This document shows positions 47,229 to 59,700 of a DNA stretch of 64,000 nucleotides, piece by piece. The notes under the pieces are model-generated. The model did no database searches, had not been told where the DNA came from, and saw only the letters and a program-made list of their open reading frames with translations. Positions within the stretch are counted from its first letter, which is position 1. Every line of letters starts with the position of its first letter. The DNA is from an uncultured bacterium. Its GTDB lineage: Bacteria > Oederibacteriota > Oederibacteriia > Oederibacteriales > Oederibacteriaceae. A program made the position numbers and the translations under genes. Location of the stretch: positions 2,048,001 through 2,112,000 of the forward strand of contig OZ218778.1 in assembly GCA_965112635.1 (NCBI GenBank). Direction: 5' to 3'.

Positions 47229-48113
47229 ATGCTGACCGGTAATCTCCCTGCCTGGCTCAAAAAACCTTCCTCGCCGGGCCGTGCTGTGCAGAAAATGCGC
47301 ACCCTGCTCAGGGAACATCGTTTACAGACCATCTGCGAGAACGCCCTTTGTCCCAACCGGGGCGAGTGCTATTCCAACGGCACTGTCACTTTTCTTATCC
47401 TCGGCAATCTTTGCACCAGAGCCTGCCGTTTTTGCAATGTGTCCCTGGGGAAGCCCCAGCCTCCGGATGCAGGGGAACCAGACCGCGTCGCTCAAGCAGT
47501 ACAAAGCCTGGGGCTGAATTACGCGGTCATCACATCTGTGACTCGGGATGACCTGGAAGACGGCGGGGCGGGCCACTTTGCCAGGGTTATCCGGGCTGTA
47601 CGCCAGGCTAGGCCCAAGGCGGTCGTAGAGGTCTTGACCCCGGATTTTCAGGCTAGGGAAGCTTCTTTGGCCACGGTATGCGAAGCAAGGCCTGATATTT
47701 TCAACCATAATCTGGAGGTTGTGGGCCGTCTTTACGGCAAGGTGAGGCCGCAGGCAATTTACGAGCGTTCCCTGGGAGTTTTGAGGGCCGTCAAAAGTAT
47801 GGCTCCCAATCTTTTGACCAAATCAGGCTTTATGCTGGGTTTGGGAGAGACCCAGGAGGAGGTTTGGGAAGTTTTTCGGCACCTAAAGGCGGTCAATTGT
47901 GATATTGTAACGGTTGGCCAATACCTCAATCCAAGGCCAGAATGCCTTCCGGTGGAGCGTTATGCCTCCCCTGAGGAATTTGAGTCCTACGGGGTTTTGG
48001 CCAAGGAAATGGGCCTTTCTTATGTCTTTTCCGGGCCTTTTGTCAGAAGTTCCTATCATGCCTCGCAGATTTTTGAGGCAGTCCAGGGAAAAAGGGAGGA
48101 CAGCCGGATATGA
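47229..48113 (+). CDS. lipA: Lipoyl synthase
   Basis: CENALCPNRGEC, CTRACRFC, RSSY motifs. Confidence 0.96.
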   Translation: MLTGNLPAWLKKPSSPGRAVQKMRTLLREHRLQTICENALCPNRGECYSNGTVTFLILGNLCTRACRFCNVSLGKPQPPDAGEPDRVAQAVQSLGLNYAVITSVTRDDLEDGGAGHFARVIRAVRQARPKAVVEVLTPDFQAREASLATVCEARPDIFNHNLEVVGRLYGKVRPQAIYERSLGVLRAVKSMAPNLLTKSGFMLGLGETQEEVWEVFRHLKAVNCDIVTVGQYLNPRPECLPVERYASPEEFESYGVLAKEMGLSYVFSGPFVRSSYHASQIFEAVQGKREDSRI

Positions 48114-49033
48114 GCGTTGTGGTCGTAGGTTCCGTGGCGTTGGACACAGTAGAAACGCCTTTTGGCAAGGTGGCGGATGTTTTAGGCGGGTCGGCCACTT
48201 ATTTTTCCGCGGCAGCCAGCTTTTTTACGCCGGTCAAGCTGGTCGCGGTGGTGGGCAAAGATTTTCCCAGGCCGCACATCAAGTTTTTAGAATCCCGCGG
48301 GGTCGATCTCAAGGGTTTAAAAGAAGAGAACGGTAAAACCTTCCGCTGGAGCGGCCGTTATCATGAAGACCTTAACCAGCGGGATACCCTGAGCCTCCAG
48401 CTGAACGTCTTTGAACAATTCAGCCCGGAACTCCCGGCCAGTTATACCAAGGAAAGCTGTGTTTTCCTGGCCAATATCGACCCGCTTTTGCAGGGAGAGG
48501 TGCTGCGTCAGGTCAAAAACCCCAAATTGGTGGTTTGCGATACCATGGACCATTGGATCACCCAAAAAAAGGACGCTTTGCTGCAGAATCTTCCCAAAGT
48601 CCATGTCTTTATTTTGAACGATAGTGAAGCCAAACTGCTCAGCGGCTGCTCCAATCTGATCAAAGCCGCCTCAGAGATCCTCAAGGCAGGCCCTAAGGTC
48701 GTAGTGGTCAAAAAAGGCGAACACGGCGCCCTGATGTTCCATCAGCTCGGTAAAAAGATGGAGCTCTTCGCGGTCCCCGCGTTCCCTCTGGATAACGCCA
48801 AAGACCCCACGGGAGCCGGGGACAGTTTTGCCGGAGGGTTTGTGGGCTACCTGTCTAAATTCCACGGCAAGTTAAATCCCATATTGTTGCGCCGGGCCAT
48901 GGTTTACGGCACTGTCATGGCCTCTTTCACAGTGGAGAAATTCGGAGTGGAAAGGTTCCAGGAGCTGACCTCGAACGATATCCATCAGCGATATAAAGAG
49001 TTCAGGAAGATCGTCAGTATCCCTGGAGAGTAA
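48110..49033 (+). CDS. PfkB-family sugar/nucleoside kinase
   Basis: LGGSATY, VKKGEHG, DPTGAGDSFAGG. Confidence 0.92.
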   Translation: MSVVVVGSVALDTVETPFGKVADVLGGSATYFSAAASFFTPVKLVAVVGKDFPRPHIKFLESRGVDLKGLKEENGKTFRWSGRYHEDLNQRDTLSLQLNVFEQFSPELPASYTKESCVFLANIDPLLQGEVLRQVKNPKLVVCDTMDHWITQKKDALLQNLPKVHVFILNDSEAKLLSGCSNLIKAASEILKAGPKVVVVKKGEHGALMFHQLGKKMELFAVPAFPLDNAKDPTGAGDSFAGGFVGYLSKFHGKLNPILLRRAMVYGTVMASFTVEKFGVERFQELTSNDIHQRYKEFRKIVSIPGE

Positions 49034-49065
49034 AATTTATCGTTTCATTGATCTAGGGAGGTATC

Positions 49066-50235
49066 ATGGAAATTTCCAAGCGCGTTAAAACCTTGCCGCC
49101 CTATCTGTTCGCCCGTATCAACGCCGTAAAGGCCGAAAACCGGGCCAAAGGCGTGGATGTGATCGACCTGGGGATGGGCAACCCTGACAGGCCCACCCCG
49201 CCCCATATCGTCCGCAAACTCATCGAGGCGGTCCAGGACAGCAAGACGCACCGCTATTCCACCTCCCGCGGTATCCCGCATCTGCGCAAGGCTGTCACTC
49301 AAATGTACAGCGAGCGGTTCGGAGTGGACCTGGACCCAGAAAAAGAGGCTGTGGCCGTCATCGGGACCAAGGAAGGCATTTCGCACCTGGCTTTCGCTTT
49401 GCTCGACCCGGGCGACGTGGTGCTGGCGCCTTCGCCGACCTACCCGGTCCATTCGTTTTGCGTGACCCTGGCAGGCGGGAACCTCATCTCTTTTCCCGTG
49501 ACCGAAGAGACCCATTTCGTGCCCAACTTGAGCGATATTTTCCAGCATACTTGGCCGAAACCCAAACTGCTTATCTTCAGCTATCCCCATAACCCCACCA
49601 CGGCCACGGTGGACCTGCGTTTTTTTGAGGAAGTGGTGGGTTTCGCCAAAAAAGAGGACCTCATCGTGGTCCATGATTTTGCCTATGCCGACATAACCTT
49701 TGACGGCTATAAGGCTCCCAGCTTTTTGCAGGCCCGCGGGGCCAAAGAGGTCGGGGCGGAATTCTACAGCCTGACCAAGACCTACAACATGGCCGGCTGG
49801 AGGGTGGGTTTCCTGGTGGGCAACCGCGAGATGGTGCAGGCGCTGGCCAATCTAAAAAGCTATATCGATTACGGCATCTTCACGCCCATCCAGGTGGCGG
49901 CCATTGCCGCTCTCAAGGGGCCCCGGGACTGCATCGAGGAGAACGTCAGGCATTACCAGAGCCGGCGGGATGTCATGGTCAAGGGCCTGAACCAGATGGG
50001 CTGGCCCGTGGAAAAACCAAAAGCGACCATGTACCTGTGGGCGCGCATCCCGGAGAAGTTCAAGCACATGAATTCCATGGATTTCTCCATCATGCTCCTG
50101 GAAAAAGCCGAGGTCGCGGTCTCGCCCGGCATCGGGTTCGGGCCATGGGGCGAAGGTTATGTCAGGATGGCTTTGGTGGAGAACGAGGACCGCTTGAAGC
50201 AGGCCCTCAAAAACATGAAAAAAGTCTTTAAATAG
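49066..50235 (+). CDS. Class I aminotransferase (LL-diaminopimelate/AlaC-like)
   Basis: LPPYLFA, DLGMGNPD, GTKEG, HDFAY, SLTKTYNMAGWRVG. Confidence 0.88.
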   Translation: MEISKRVKTLPPYLFARINAVKAENRAKGVDVIDLGMGNPDRPTPPHIVRKLIEAVQDSKTHRYSTSRGIPHLRKAVTQMYSERFGVDLDPEKEAVAVIGTKEGISHLAFALLDPGDVVLAPSPTYPVHSFCVTLAGGNLISFPVTEETHFVPNLSDIFQHTWPKPKLLIFSYPHNPTTATVDLRFFEEVVGFAKKEDLIVVHDFAYADITFDGYKAPSFLQARGAKEVGAEFYSLTKTYNMAGWRVGFLVGNREMVQALANLKSYIDYGIFTPIQVAAIAALKGPRDCIEENVRHYQSRRDVMVKGLNQMGWPVEKPKATMYLWARIPEKFKHMNSMDFSIMLLEKAEVAVSPGIGFGPWGEGYVRMALVENEDRLKQALKNMKKVFK

Positions 50236-50295
50236 GCCGCGTAGCCCCAAGCCCGCGGAGTTTGTGGTATATTAACAAAAAAACATGGAGGGAAT

Positions 50296-51488
50296 ATGTT
50301 AGGGATATCCAAGTTAGCCAGCCATATCCTGCCTTCGGCCACTTTGGCCATTGAAGCCAAGGCCAAACAGATGAAAAAAGACGGGGTGGATGTCATTTCA
50401 TTCTCGGCCGGGGAGCCGGACTTTGACACACCGGTCTACATCAAAAAAGCGGCTATTGACTCCATTGACCAGGGGTTCACCAAGTATACACCGGCCTCGG
50501 GAATACCGGAACTCAAACAGGCTGTGTGCGGTTCGCTCAAAAAACTCTACGGGCTTGATTACCAGCCGGCCCAGGTCCTCATCTCCTGCGGGGCCAAGCA
50601 CTCCATCTACAACGCGCTTTTGGCCATCTGCCAGGAAGGGGACGAGGCTGTCATTCCGGCGCCTTACTGGGTGTCGTATCCCGAGATGGTCAAAATGACC
50701 GGAGCCAAGCCGGTTATCCTGCAGACCTCGGAAAAGAACCAGTTCAAGTTCACGGCTCAGGACCTGCAAAAGGTCGTGACCCCCAAGACCAAGGTCCTTA
50801 TCCTGAACAGCCCGTCCAACCCCACGGGGCAGGCCTACAAAAAAGAGGCCCTGCTGGAGATCGCCCAGGTCGCGGTCAAGAACAAGTTCTATATCCTATC
50901 CGACGAAATTTATGACCAGCTTGTTTACGGCGGGTTCAAACATTACAGCATTGCCTCCCTTTCTGCGGAGGTTTTCCAGCAGACCATCCTGGTCAACGGC
51001 GTTTCCAAGACCTTTGCCATGACCGGATGGAGGATAGGGTATGCCTGCGGGCCGCAGGATGTCATCAGCGCCATGTCCAACATCCAGAGCCAGTCCACCT
51101 CTAACCCGACCTCTATTTCCCAAAAGGCGGCTTTGTCCGCTTTGGCGGGTGAGGCTTCGGTGGAACAAGCCGTCAAGACTATGGTGGCGGAGTTCGCTAA
51201 ACGCAGGGAGTTCATGGTCCAGTTCCTCAACAAGATCCCAGGAGTGACCTGCTCTTTGCCCGAAGGGGCTTTTTACGCGTTCCCCAATTTCTCGGCCTAT
51301 GTGGGCAAGTCCATCAAAGGCAAGGAGATCAAGAACGCCAAGGACCTGGCCGCCTATCTTTTGGAGAGCGCCCATGTGGCGCTCGTGCCGGGGGATGAGT
51401 TCGGGGCAGCCGGGTATCTGAGGCTTTCCTACGCGACCTCCATGGCCAATATTGAGAACGGTCTGGAAAGGATCAAGGTGGCTTTGTC

Positions 51489-51492
<4 letters not shown>
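50296..51492 (+). CDS. Aspartate aminotransferase (class I)
   Basis: AGEPDFDTP, NSPSNPTG, DEIY, GVSKTFAMTGWRIG. Confidence 0.9.
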
Positions 51493-52802
<1,310 letters not shown>

Positions 52803-52804
52803 CC

Positions 52805-53887
52805 GTGTCAGCTGCCTGGCCCGGTGTCATCCGCAAATACGCCCAATATCTGCCTGTCAGCTCCAAGACCCCGGTCGTGACCCTGCTGGAGGGCAACACT
52901 CCGCTCATCGAATGCGTGCGGCTCAATCACAAGGTCGGCCAGGGTGTCCGCTTGTTCCTCAAATACGAAGGGCTCAACCCCACAGGCTCTTTCAAGGATA
53001 GGGGCATGACCTTGGCCATTTCCAAGGCCAAGGAAGAGGGTTCCCAGATGGTCATGTGCGCTTCCACGGGTAATACTTCTGCTTCGGCGGCGGCCTATGC
53101 CAGCCGGGCGGACATGAAATGTTTTGTGCTCATCCCTTCCGGCAATATCGCCCTGGGCAAACTGGCCCAAGCCCTGGTCCATGGCGCCCAGGTTCTGGCC
53201 ATCAAGGGAAATTTTGACCAGGCCCTGGAAATGGTCAAAACTATCACCAAAAAGCATCCGGTGACCCTGGTCAATTCGCTGAACCCTTACCGCATCGAGG
53301 GCCAAAAAAGCGCCGCGTTTGAAATATGCGATGTGCTGGGGAAAGCTCCGGATTTTCACGCTTTGCCCGTGGGCAACGCGGGGAACATCACGGCGTATTG
53401 GAAAGGCTACAAAGAATACAAATCCCGCAAGGTCGTGTCCAACCTGCCGGTCATGCTCGGATTCCAGGCCGCCGGGTCCGCGCCCATTGTGCTGGGCCGG
53501 CCGGTCAAAGACCCCCATACCCTGGCCACAGCCATCAAAATAGGCAACCCAGCCAGCTGGAAAACAGCCGTGGCAGCCAGGGACGAGTCCAAAGGCCTCA
53601 TCAAGGCGGTCACAGACGAGGAAATCGTTCAGGCCTACAATATGCTGGCCTGCCTGGAAGGCGTGTTTTGCGAGCCGGCTTCCGCGGCGTCAGTGGCCGG
53701 TGTGCTCAAACTCAGCCAGGCCGGGTATTTCGACAAACCCACCCAAAAAGGCAAGAAGCCCGTCACCATCGTCTGCACCCTGACCGGGCACGGTCTCAAA
53801 GACCCTGACCGCGCCATCGCGGTCTCGCCAAAGCCCAAGGAAGTCAAAGCCGACCTCAAGTCGGTCCTTAATGTCCTGGGGTTTTAA
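52805..53887 (+). CDS. thrC: Threonine synthase
   Basis: EGLNPTGSFKDRG, ASTGNTS, PVGNAGN, EPASA, TGHGLKD. Confidence 0.96.
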   Translation: MSAAWPGVIRKYAQYLPVSSKTPVVTLLEGNTPLIECVRLNHKVGQGVRLFLKYEGLNPTGSFKDRGMTLAISKAKEEGSQMVMCASTGNTSASAAAYASRADMKCFVLIPSGNIALGKLAQALVHGAQVLAIKGNFDQALEMVKTITKKHPVTLVNSLNPYRIEGQKSAAFEICDVLGKAPDFHALPVGNAGNITAYWKGYKEYKSRKVVSNLPVMLGFQAAGSAPIVLGRPVKDPHTLATAIKIGNPASWKTAVAARDESKGLIKAVTDEEIVQAYNMLACLEGVFCEPASAASVAGVLKLSQAGYFDKPTQKGKKPVTIVCTLTGHGLKDPDRAIAVSPKPKEVKADLKSVLNVLGF

Positions 53888-54029
53888 ACGTTATTAAAAG
53901 CTTCCATAGTAGGTCTTCACCATAAGCCATCAGCAATTCCACCAAAATCGTCCCCAAGAAGTTCATCGTGCTGCATTGACCACCATCATCAAAAAGCTGG
54001 CGATAGTCAGGTGAGCGTCAAGCTTCCCC

Positions 54030-54059
54030 AATTGGGACATGTCCCAATTAATGTCCCAA
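54030..54059. repeat. Perfect 20 bp palindrome plus partial third arm
   Basis: AATTGGGACATGTCCCAATT (54030-54049), ATGTCCCAA repeated at 54051-54059. Confidence 0.75.
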
Positions 54060-54160
54060 ATAGAAGCTTTGGAACGGCGGGGGCAATCTTATAGGTGAGG
54101 ATCTGACCCTGGTTCAGTATCTGTCTGAGACTCAGAAGTGCGGATGAGAAGGAGGGACTT

Positions 54161-54180
54161 AAGATTTAGACCTGACACCC
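54161..54180 (+). repeat. REP-like element, left
   Basis: AAGATTTAGACCTGACACCC, inverted partner at 54846-54865. Confidence 0.5.
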
Positions 54181-54194
54181 GCTGATTGGCAGCG

Positions 54195-54752
54195 CTACAA
54201 ATTAAAACTGCCTGTTGCTCCAATTCCCACGGTTGTGCAATTAATGCCGGGGAGCGTGCCGATTCCCACACCCCCTTTGTGCACATCAACGGGAGCGGAC
54301 GTTGGCTGACAAGACTGTGAGAGCGATATGAACATACCGGGGATAAGGTTAACGATAGCTTGTATTTCAAAACCCGGCATGGTAGTGCCTGCTAGGGAGC
54401 CGCTTAAAGCTGAAACGCCAAACACACCTCCCAGGGATATTCCCGGCCCCACCTCTGATCTTAGATCAATGCCTGTGGTAGTGATCAGCCCAAGATCGGC
54501 TTGCTGATTTCCTGCAACAGGCTGTACGAATTTATTGGACTCTACAATACCCAGGAAGATCCCTTTTGCTTGATAACCTATTTCCGTGACATCGCCCAGC
54601 ACACCGGTACTGCCGCTATTTCCGGTGACAACAGTGGAGGTAAAACTTCTAGAAAAGGAGATTTTACCGCTATCACTCTGACCCCGGGCTTGCATAAAAA
54701 ATAGAGTGGTTAAAAACAGCGTCACCACAGCCGAACGGATGATCTTTTTCAC
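54195..54752 (-). CDS. Hypothetical exported beta-rich (possible outer-membrane) protein
   Basis: Signal peptide, Gly-rich alternating strands; SD upstream of GTG start. Confidence 0.6.
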   Translation of the reverse strand: MKKIIRSAVVTLFLTTLFFMQARGQSDSGKISFSRSFTSTVVTGNSGSTGVLGDVTEIGYQAKGIFLGIVESNKFVQPVAGNQQADLGLITTTGIDLRSEVGPGISLGGVFGVSALSGSLAGTTMPGFEIQAIVNLIPGMFISLSQSCQPTSAPVDVHKGGVGIGTLPGINCTTVGIGATGSFNL

Positions 54753-54845
54753 TGTTTCCCCTTTCCCTTGGTAACTTTTGGGTTTATTATTTGGAATATT
54801 AGTGCGTTATTAGGAACATTGCAAGCCCAAAATGCTCTTGTAAAT

Positions 54846-54865
54846 GGCGTTAGGTCTTGGATCTT
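54846..54865 (-). repeat. REP-like element, right
   Basis: Reverse complement AAGATCCAAGACCTAACGCC resembles the left element. Confidence 0.5.
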
Positions 54866-55044
54866 GAATTTAACCATTGTTTTCCGGCTTGTTCCTTCCC
54901 GCAAATACCCTAGCCTCTTGGGCGGGGAAATACATGGGCAGGCGGCCCAGAACCTTTCATCCAAGGTGCCCCCTTTTAAACATGCGTCCTGTGGGGTATA
55001 GTAAAACTCAATGCTGTTTAATATTTTTTCCAAAGGGAGGGGTT

Positions 55045-55345
55045 ATGGTAAAAACGGCCTTTTTGACCGCTTTGTTGCTCGGTGTATCTCTTGTTGTATC
55101 TTTTGCTTTAATTGGCTGTGAAGGCTGCTACCAAGAAGAGAGATTCCACGATCAGCAGACCGAGACCGCTATCGCGGCGAAGGCGCAGGAGACCCCGGTT
55201 CCCACAGGTAACACCCACGCCCAAGCACCATACCTCAACCAAAAAAAGCGAGTCGCCCTTTAGTTTCTCTCCGTTTGGACTGCCGGGAACCTCGGGGTTC
55301 CCTAATCCAACCTCGCCGAATACCAGCACCACCCCCGGTCATTAA
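55045..55345 (+). pseudogene. Small lipoprotein-like gene, possibly frameshifted near 55201
   Basis: SD GGAGG, ATG, lipobox-like LIGC; a T/P-rich continuation lies in the +1 frame. Confidence 0.4.
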
Positions 55346-55690
55346 TACTGACCTGATAACTGGTAAAAGCAGGGGAATATGTTCAGGGCTGGAAAAAGAG
55401 ATAGACTAGGAACCTGAGGCAATAATTAGGTAGTGCTCCATTCAGGCCTCCTAGGAGTTCGCATGATCCAGACGTGATTCGCCGTCTAGGCGGGCCGGTC
55501 TCGGAGTGAACGGGGTCGCATTGACAATTGACATGCGGTAATTTTCCAGCCGCCTTCTCATGTTTACCGCTTTCCTTAAATTCAGGGGCCTCCAATTCTT
55601 GTTTTTTACCGAAAAGGAAACTCTTCCCTGTTCAACAAAAATTGGCCTAGAGAAGTTTGTAGTGCTAAAATGAGTATTTAAGGAGAAGGG

Positions 55691-56602
55691 ATGATAAAAA
55701 AGTTAGTCCTCATCATAATAATCCTTGCACTGCCCTGCCTGGGCCGGGCCCAATCCACGGTCCTTTCTTCGGCTTCCTATGCCATGCCTCTGGATGATGT
55801 TGGTATTTCCGCGAGGGCCAACGTGCTGGGCTCGTCTTTCGTGGGTTTGGCCAATGATTCTTCGGCCCTGTTCTGGAACCCGGCAGGGTTGGGCATGCTG
55901 GACAGCGGGCAGATATCCCTGCATCACAACAGCTGGCTGACCGACATCGACCAGGAGACCCTGGTCGTGGCTTTGCCCGTCGAGTACGGGACCTTTGGCG
56001 GAGCGTTGAATTACGTGAATTACGGGAGTTTCGAGGGAAGGGACATTGGAGGAGGCTTGACCTCTAACTACACGGCCAGCAATGTCGAAGTGGCTTTGGG
56101 TTTTGGGGCAGAAATAGTGGACAGGTATTATGGCGGGGGGACCGTGAAGTTCGCACAGCTGACCCTGGCTGGACAGGGTTCCACGGCCATTGCCTGCAAT
56201 GTCGGCGTGATGAAGCAGTTGACCAAGCAGATACGGTTAGGGTTGTCTTATTCCAATCTGGGGACAGCGGTGAACGGCGGCATGATGGACAGCGCACTGA
56301 GGCTGGGAGGCTCTTATATGGTCAGGCTTTCCCGGGTAAACCGCGTCTATCTTGCACTGGGCGGTCAGGTGGAGTCCAACAGCATGAACCAGGTCCAACT
56401 GGGAGCCGAAGATATCATTTATTCGGTGCTGGCGCTTAGAGCCGGATACCAGGTGAGCCTGACCAACATGGAGCTGGAAGGGCTGACCGGACTCAGGGCA
56501 GGGCTGGGGTTGATGTACCAGAATTTTGTGGTGGATTATGCATACCTTCCTTACGGCGACCTGGGCATTTCCAACCAGGTGAGCCTCAGTTACTTCTTTT
56601 AG
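55691..56602 (+). CDS. Second PorV/PorQ-family beta-barrel
   Basis: GISARANVLGSSFVGLANDSSALFWNPAGL; VDYAYLPYGDLG..SLSYFF. Confidence 0.85.
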   Translation: MIKKLVLIIIILALPCLGRAQSTVLSSASYAMPLDDVGISARANVLGSSFVGLANDSSALFWNPAGLGMLDSGQISLHHNSWLTDIDQETLVVALPVEYGTFGGALNYVNYGSFEGRDIGGGLTSNYTASNVEVALGFGAEIVDRYYGGGTVKFAQLTLAGQGSTAIACNVGVMKQLTKQIRLGLSYSNLGTAVNGGMMDSALRLGGSYMVRLSRVNRVYLALGGQVESNSMNQVQLGAEDIIYSVLALRAGYQVSLTNMELEGLTGLRAGLGLMYQNFVVDYAYLPYGDLGISNQVSLSYFF

Positions 56603-56717
56603 CAGAGCAAATCCATCCAAGACCACAGGGGTAGCTAATCGTCCGTTCCAAGGGTAAACTTGCCCTGGAAAAGGTAATTTTCAGTCTGAGACAAATCAGT
56701 TCCAAGAAAGGCAAGCC

Positions 56718-59700
56718 ATGAGACGAATCCTGTTTGTGCTGGTCCTATTATTATCGGGTCTTTCCCTCTGGGCCGGACCGGTCGCGGTTACCCATGACAA
56801 GCTCATGGTGGATGTGCCTGACCTGGATGGTTCGCTTTCCACCTGGCTCCCGGGCACCATGGGATATCCTTTGCCCCGCTATGAGCCCAGCCATCCCTTC
56901 CTGTCCAAACCCAAAGAGTTGGAGCTGGTCTGCCTGGAAAATGAGTATCTCAAGGTAAGGTTCATCCCGGATTTCGGGGCCAGGGTTTACGACCTGATAT
57001 GGAAAAAGAACGGAGCCAGCCCGGTTTTCCAGAAGAAAAAGGCTGATTTTGGAACCATGTACGGCGACGAGGGGCTGGGCTACATGGTGCATTTCGGTTC
57101 CATCAAATGGGGGTTCCCGTTCTTCGGGCATACGGCAACGGACCATATGCCCTGGCAGTATGAAGTCATCCGCCTGAAATCAGGAGGGGCTGTTTTCCAT
57201 GCCTGGCGGGTGGAGAATTATGTCACGGGCCTGCGGATGGACACAAGCATAACTCTGGAGCCGGGGGCCACGGCCCTGAAAACGGATTTCAAAATTTCCA
57301 ATCCCACGGACAGGACCAAGGTCTGGGACCTTTGGGTGGATATGTATGTGCCCTGCACCGAGTTCGTGGAACTGGCCCTGCCTACGGACCGGGTCATCAC
57401 CCACCAATCCGCCTGGAATTTTACCCGCAACATGATCATCCCCTGGCCGTTTTTAGGTAATGTGGACATGCGCTATCTGCGGGCGTGGCATGATTCCAAC
57501 GGCGTTTTTCCCCTGGCCCAGTCAGACCAGTTCAGCGGGTTTTATCTGCATGACCGCCAGCTGGGCATGTTCCGGACCTTTGAGCCGGGCAAGACCATAG
57601 GGACCAAGTTCTGGTTCACCAATCCCGAATGGTATTCGGATTTTGGCGAGATGTTCACGGGTGGGGAGCCGACCCATGACGAACGGGCGGAGCTCCTGCC
57701 CGGGGCAGCCGTGGAATGGAAGGAGCAGTGGATGGTCCTCCACGACCTCAAAGGGATAGATTGCGGGAATAGCGACCTGGCCTGCCACCTGGAATCCGAC
57801 GAGAATGGGACCAGTGTTTTCCTGGAGCCGGTAAGGCCGCTGGGGAAAGTCGACCTTACCGTGGAGACAGCGGGCGTGGGTAATGGGCGGACATCTGTAC
57901 TGGGCCAATGGCACGGTTCACTGGATACGATCGAACCCAGACAGGCGAAATTACCTGTCCTGCCTCCTTATGCAGGCTATGTCGTCTGCCGGATAAAATA
58001 CAGCGATAAGACCTATTCCTGGACCACCAGCGGAGAATTGGTCAAGAGACCGTTTGTCAGCGATAAGCTCAGCCAGGCGCGCTTGGATTACCAGAAATCC
58101 CTCAAGGGAAACGGGGCCAAAAACACAGTCGCGTCCAATCCGGATAGCGGTCAGGCCGCGATACCGGTCAAGACAGCCTATAAAAAGTCCAAGTTACTCA
58201 CAGCAGAAAAGACCAGTCGTCTATTTCGGCCTAATGCCGCCTGTAGGTTAGCCGATGGTTCCTTTGTTGTGGCGGATGCCAACCTTTTACTTCATTTTGA
58301 CGCTGATCTTAAATATTTGGGCAGATGGGGAGACAAGGAAAACCTTTTTAGTCCTTTAGGTTTGGCTTGTGACGGCCAGGGCCGGTTACTAGTAGCGGAC
58401 ACGGGTAACCGCAGGATTTTGAGGCTGACTCTCAGCGAAGAATGGAAGATAGACAAGTCCTGGGATGTGCAGGAAAGATGCGGAGAGGTTTGCTGGCACC
58501 AGGGAACTATCGCCTATACCTGTCCGCTTTCAGGAAAGGTCATGAGTTTTAGCGACGAGATGCCGGAGGGCAAAGTCGAGGCAAAATGTTTGGCCAAGGA
58601 CCTGCAGGGGCCCTTGGGAGTCTGTTTTGACGGTGATGAAGTAGTAGTCTGCGATACCCTCCATTCACGAGTGCTTAAACTGGCCAAGGACGGAAGCTTC
58701 CAAGTTTTAACTGGGCCCAAGGAAGGGTTGGTCAAACCTTCCAGGGTGTGTTCCAGGGACGGCGGTCTGCTGATCAGCGACGCGGGCAGGGCTTGTTTGC
58801 TCAGTTGGAAGGACGGCGTTTTAAAAACGGTGGTTGACGGCACCAATCTGAACAATATTTCCCTGAGCGTGCCCGGCGGATTAGCTGCAGCAGGCCAAAA
58901 CCTGTTTTTAACCATAGCAGACCCGGCCCGCCTGGTCCTTTTGGACCAGAATTACCAGTTGAGCAAGAGCTATGACGTCAATGATAACGGCGGGCCGTAT
59001 TACAGCATGCCCTCATCCGTGGCGGTCCTTCCGGACGGCCGCAAGATAGTTTTGGATAGCGGCGGAGGGCGAGTCAGGATATTTGACGCTAACGGCAAGC
59101 AGACCGGCCTTTTGGACAGCTGGGGCTGGGATGACGGGCAGTTATGGAAGCCGAGCTGTGTGCGGGCGGATTCCAAGGGTTATGTTTATATTTCCGATCT
59201 GCTCAACTTCCGGGTGCAAAGATTCGACCCTTCGCTGACCATGAGGGACGCCCTGGAGTTAAAAGGCGTCAGGACCGAGAGCGCGGTCAAAACCTCGACC
59301 TGGTATAGCCACGGGATCGCCGTGGGGCCCGATGACAAACTCTACGTGGCCGACCACGCCCACCAATGTGTCCATGTTTATTCGCCTGCCCCTGAAAACA
59401 AACCGCTTCAAACCATCCAGCTGGGCAGGGATGTTTACCCCCTCAGCGTGGCTGTGGACAACCAGGGAAGGGTCATTGTGGCCAATAGTTTCCGGTCAGA
59501 GGTCGTTATTTATGACCCGAACAGCCCGCTGACTTTGGACCACCGGGGCGTGGGGTTCGCGTTGCTCCAGCCTCTCCATGTGGCCTGGGACAAGGAAGGC
59601 GGATATTTCATCTCAGGCAGGAAGGCTCAGACCGACGCACTGCTGCATTTTAACAGCCGCCATACCTTGGCCCACTCTTTCACCCAAAACGAGGTTTATC

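Noticed and set aside
54749-55033. Minus-strand 94-aa ORF
   Set aside because: Runs through the REP-like element (KIQDLTP) and the divergent promoter region; probably spurious
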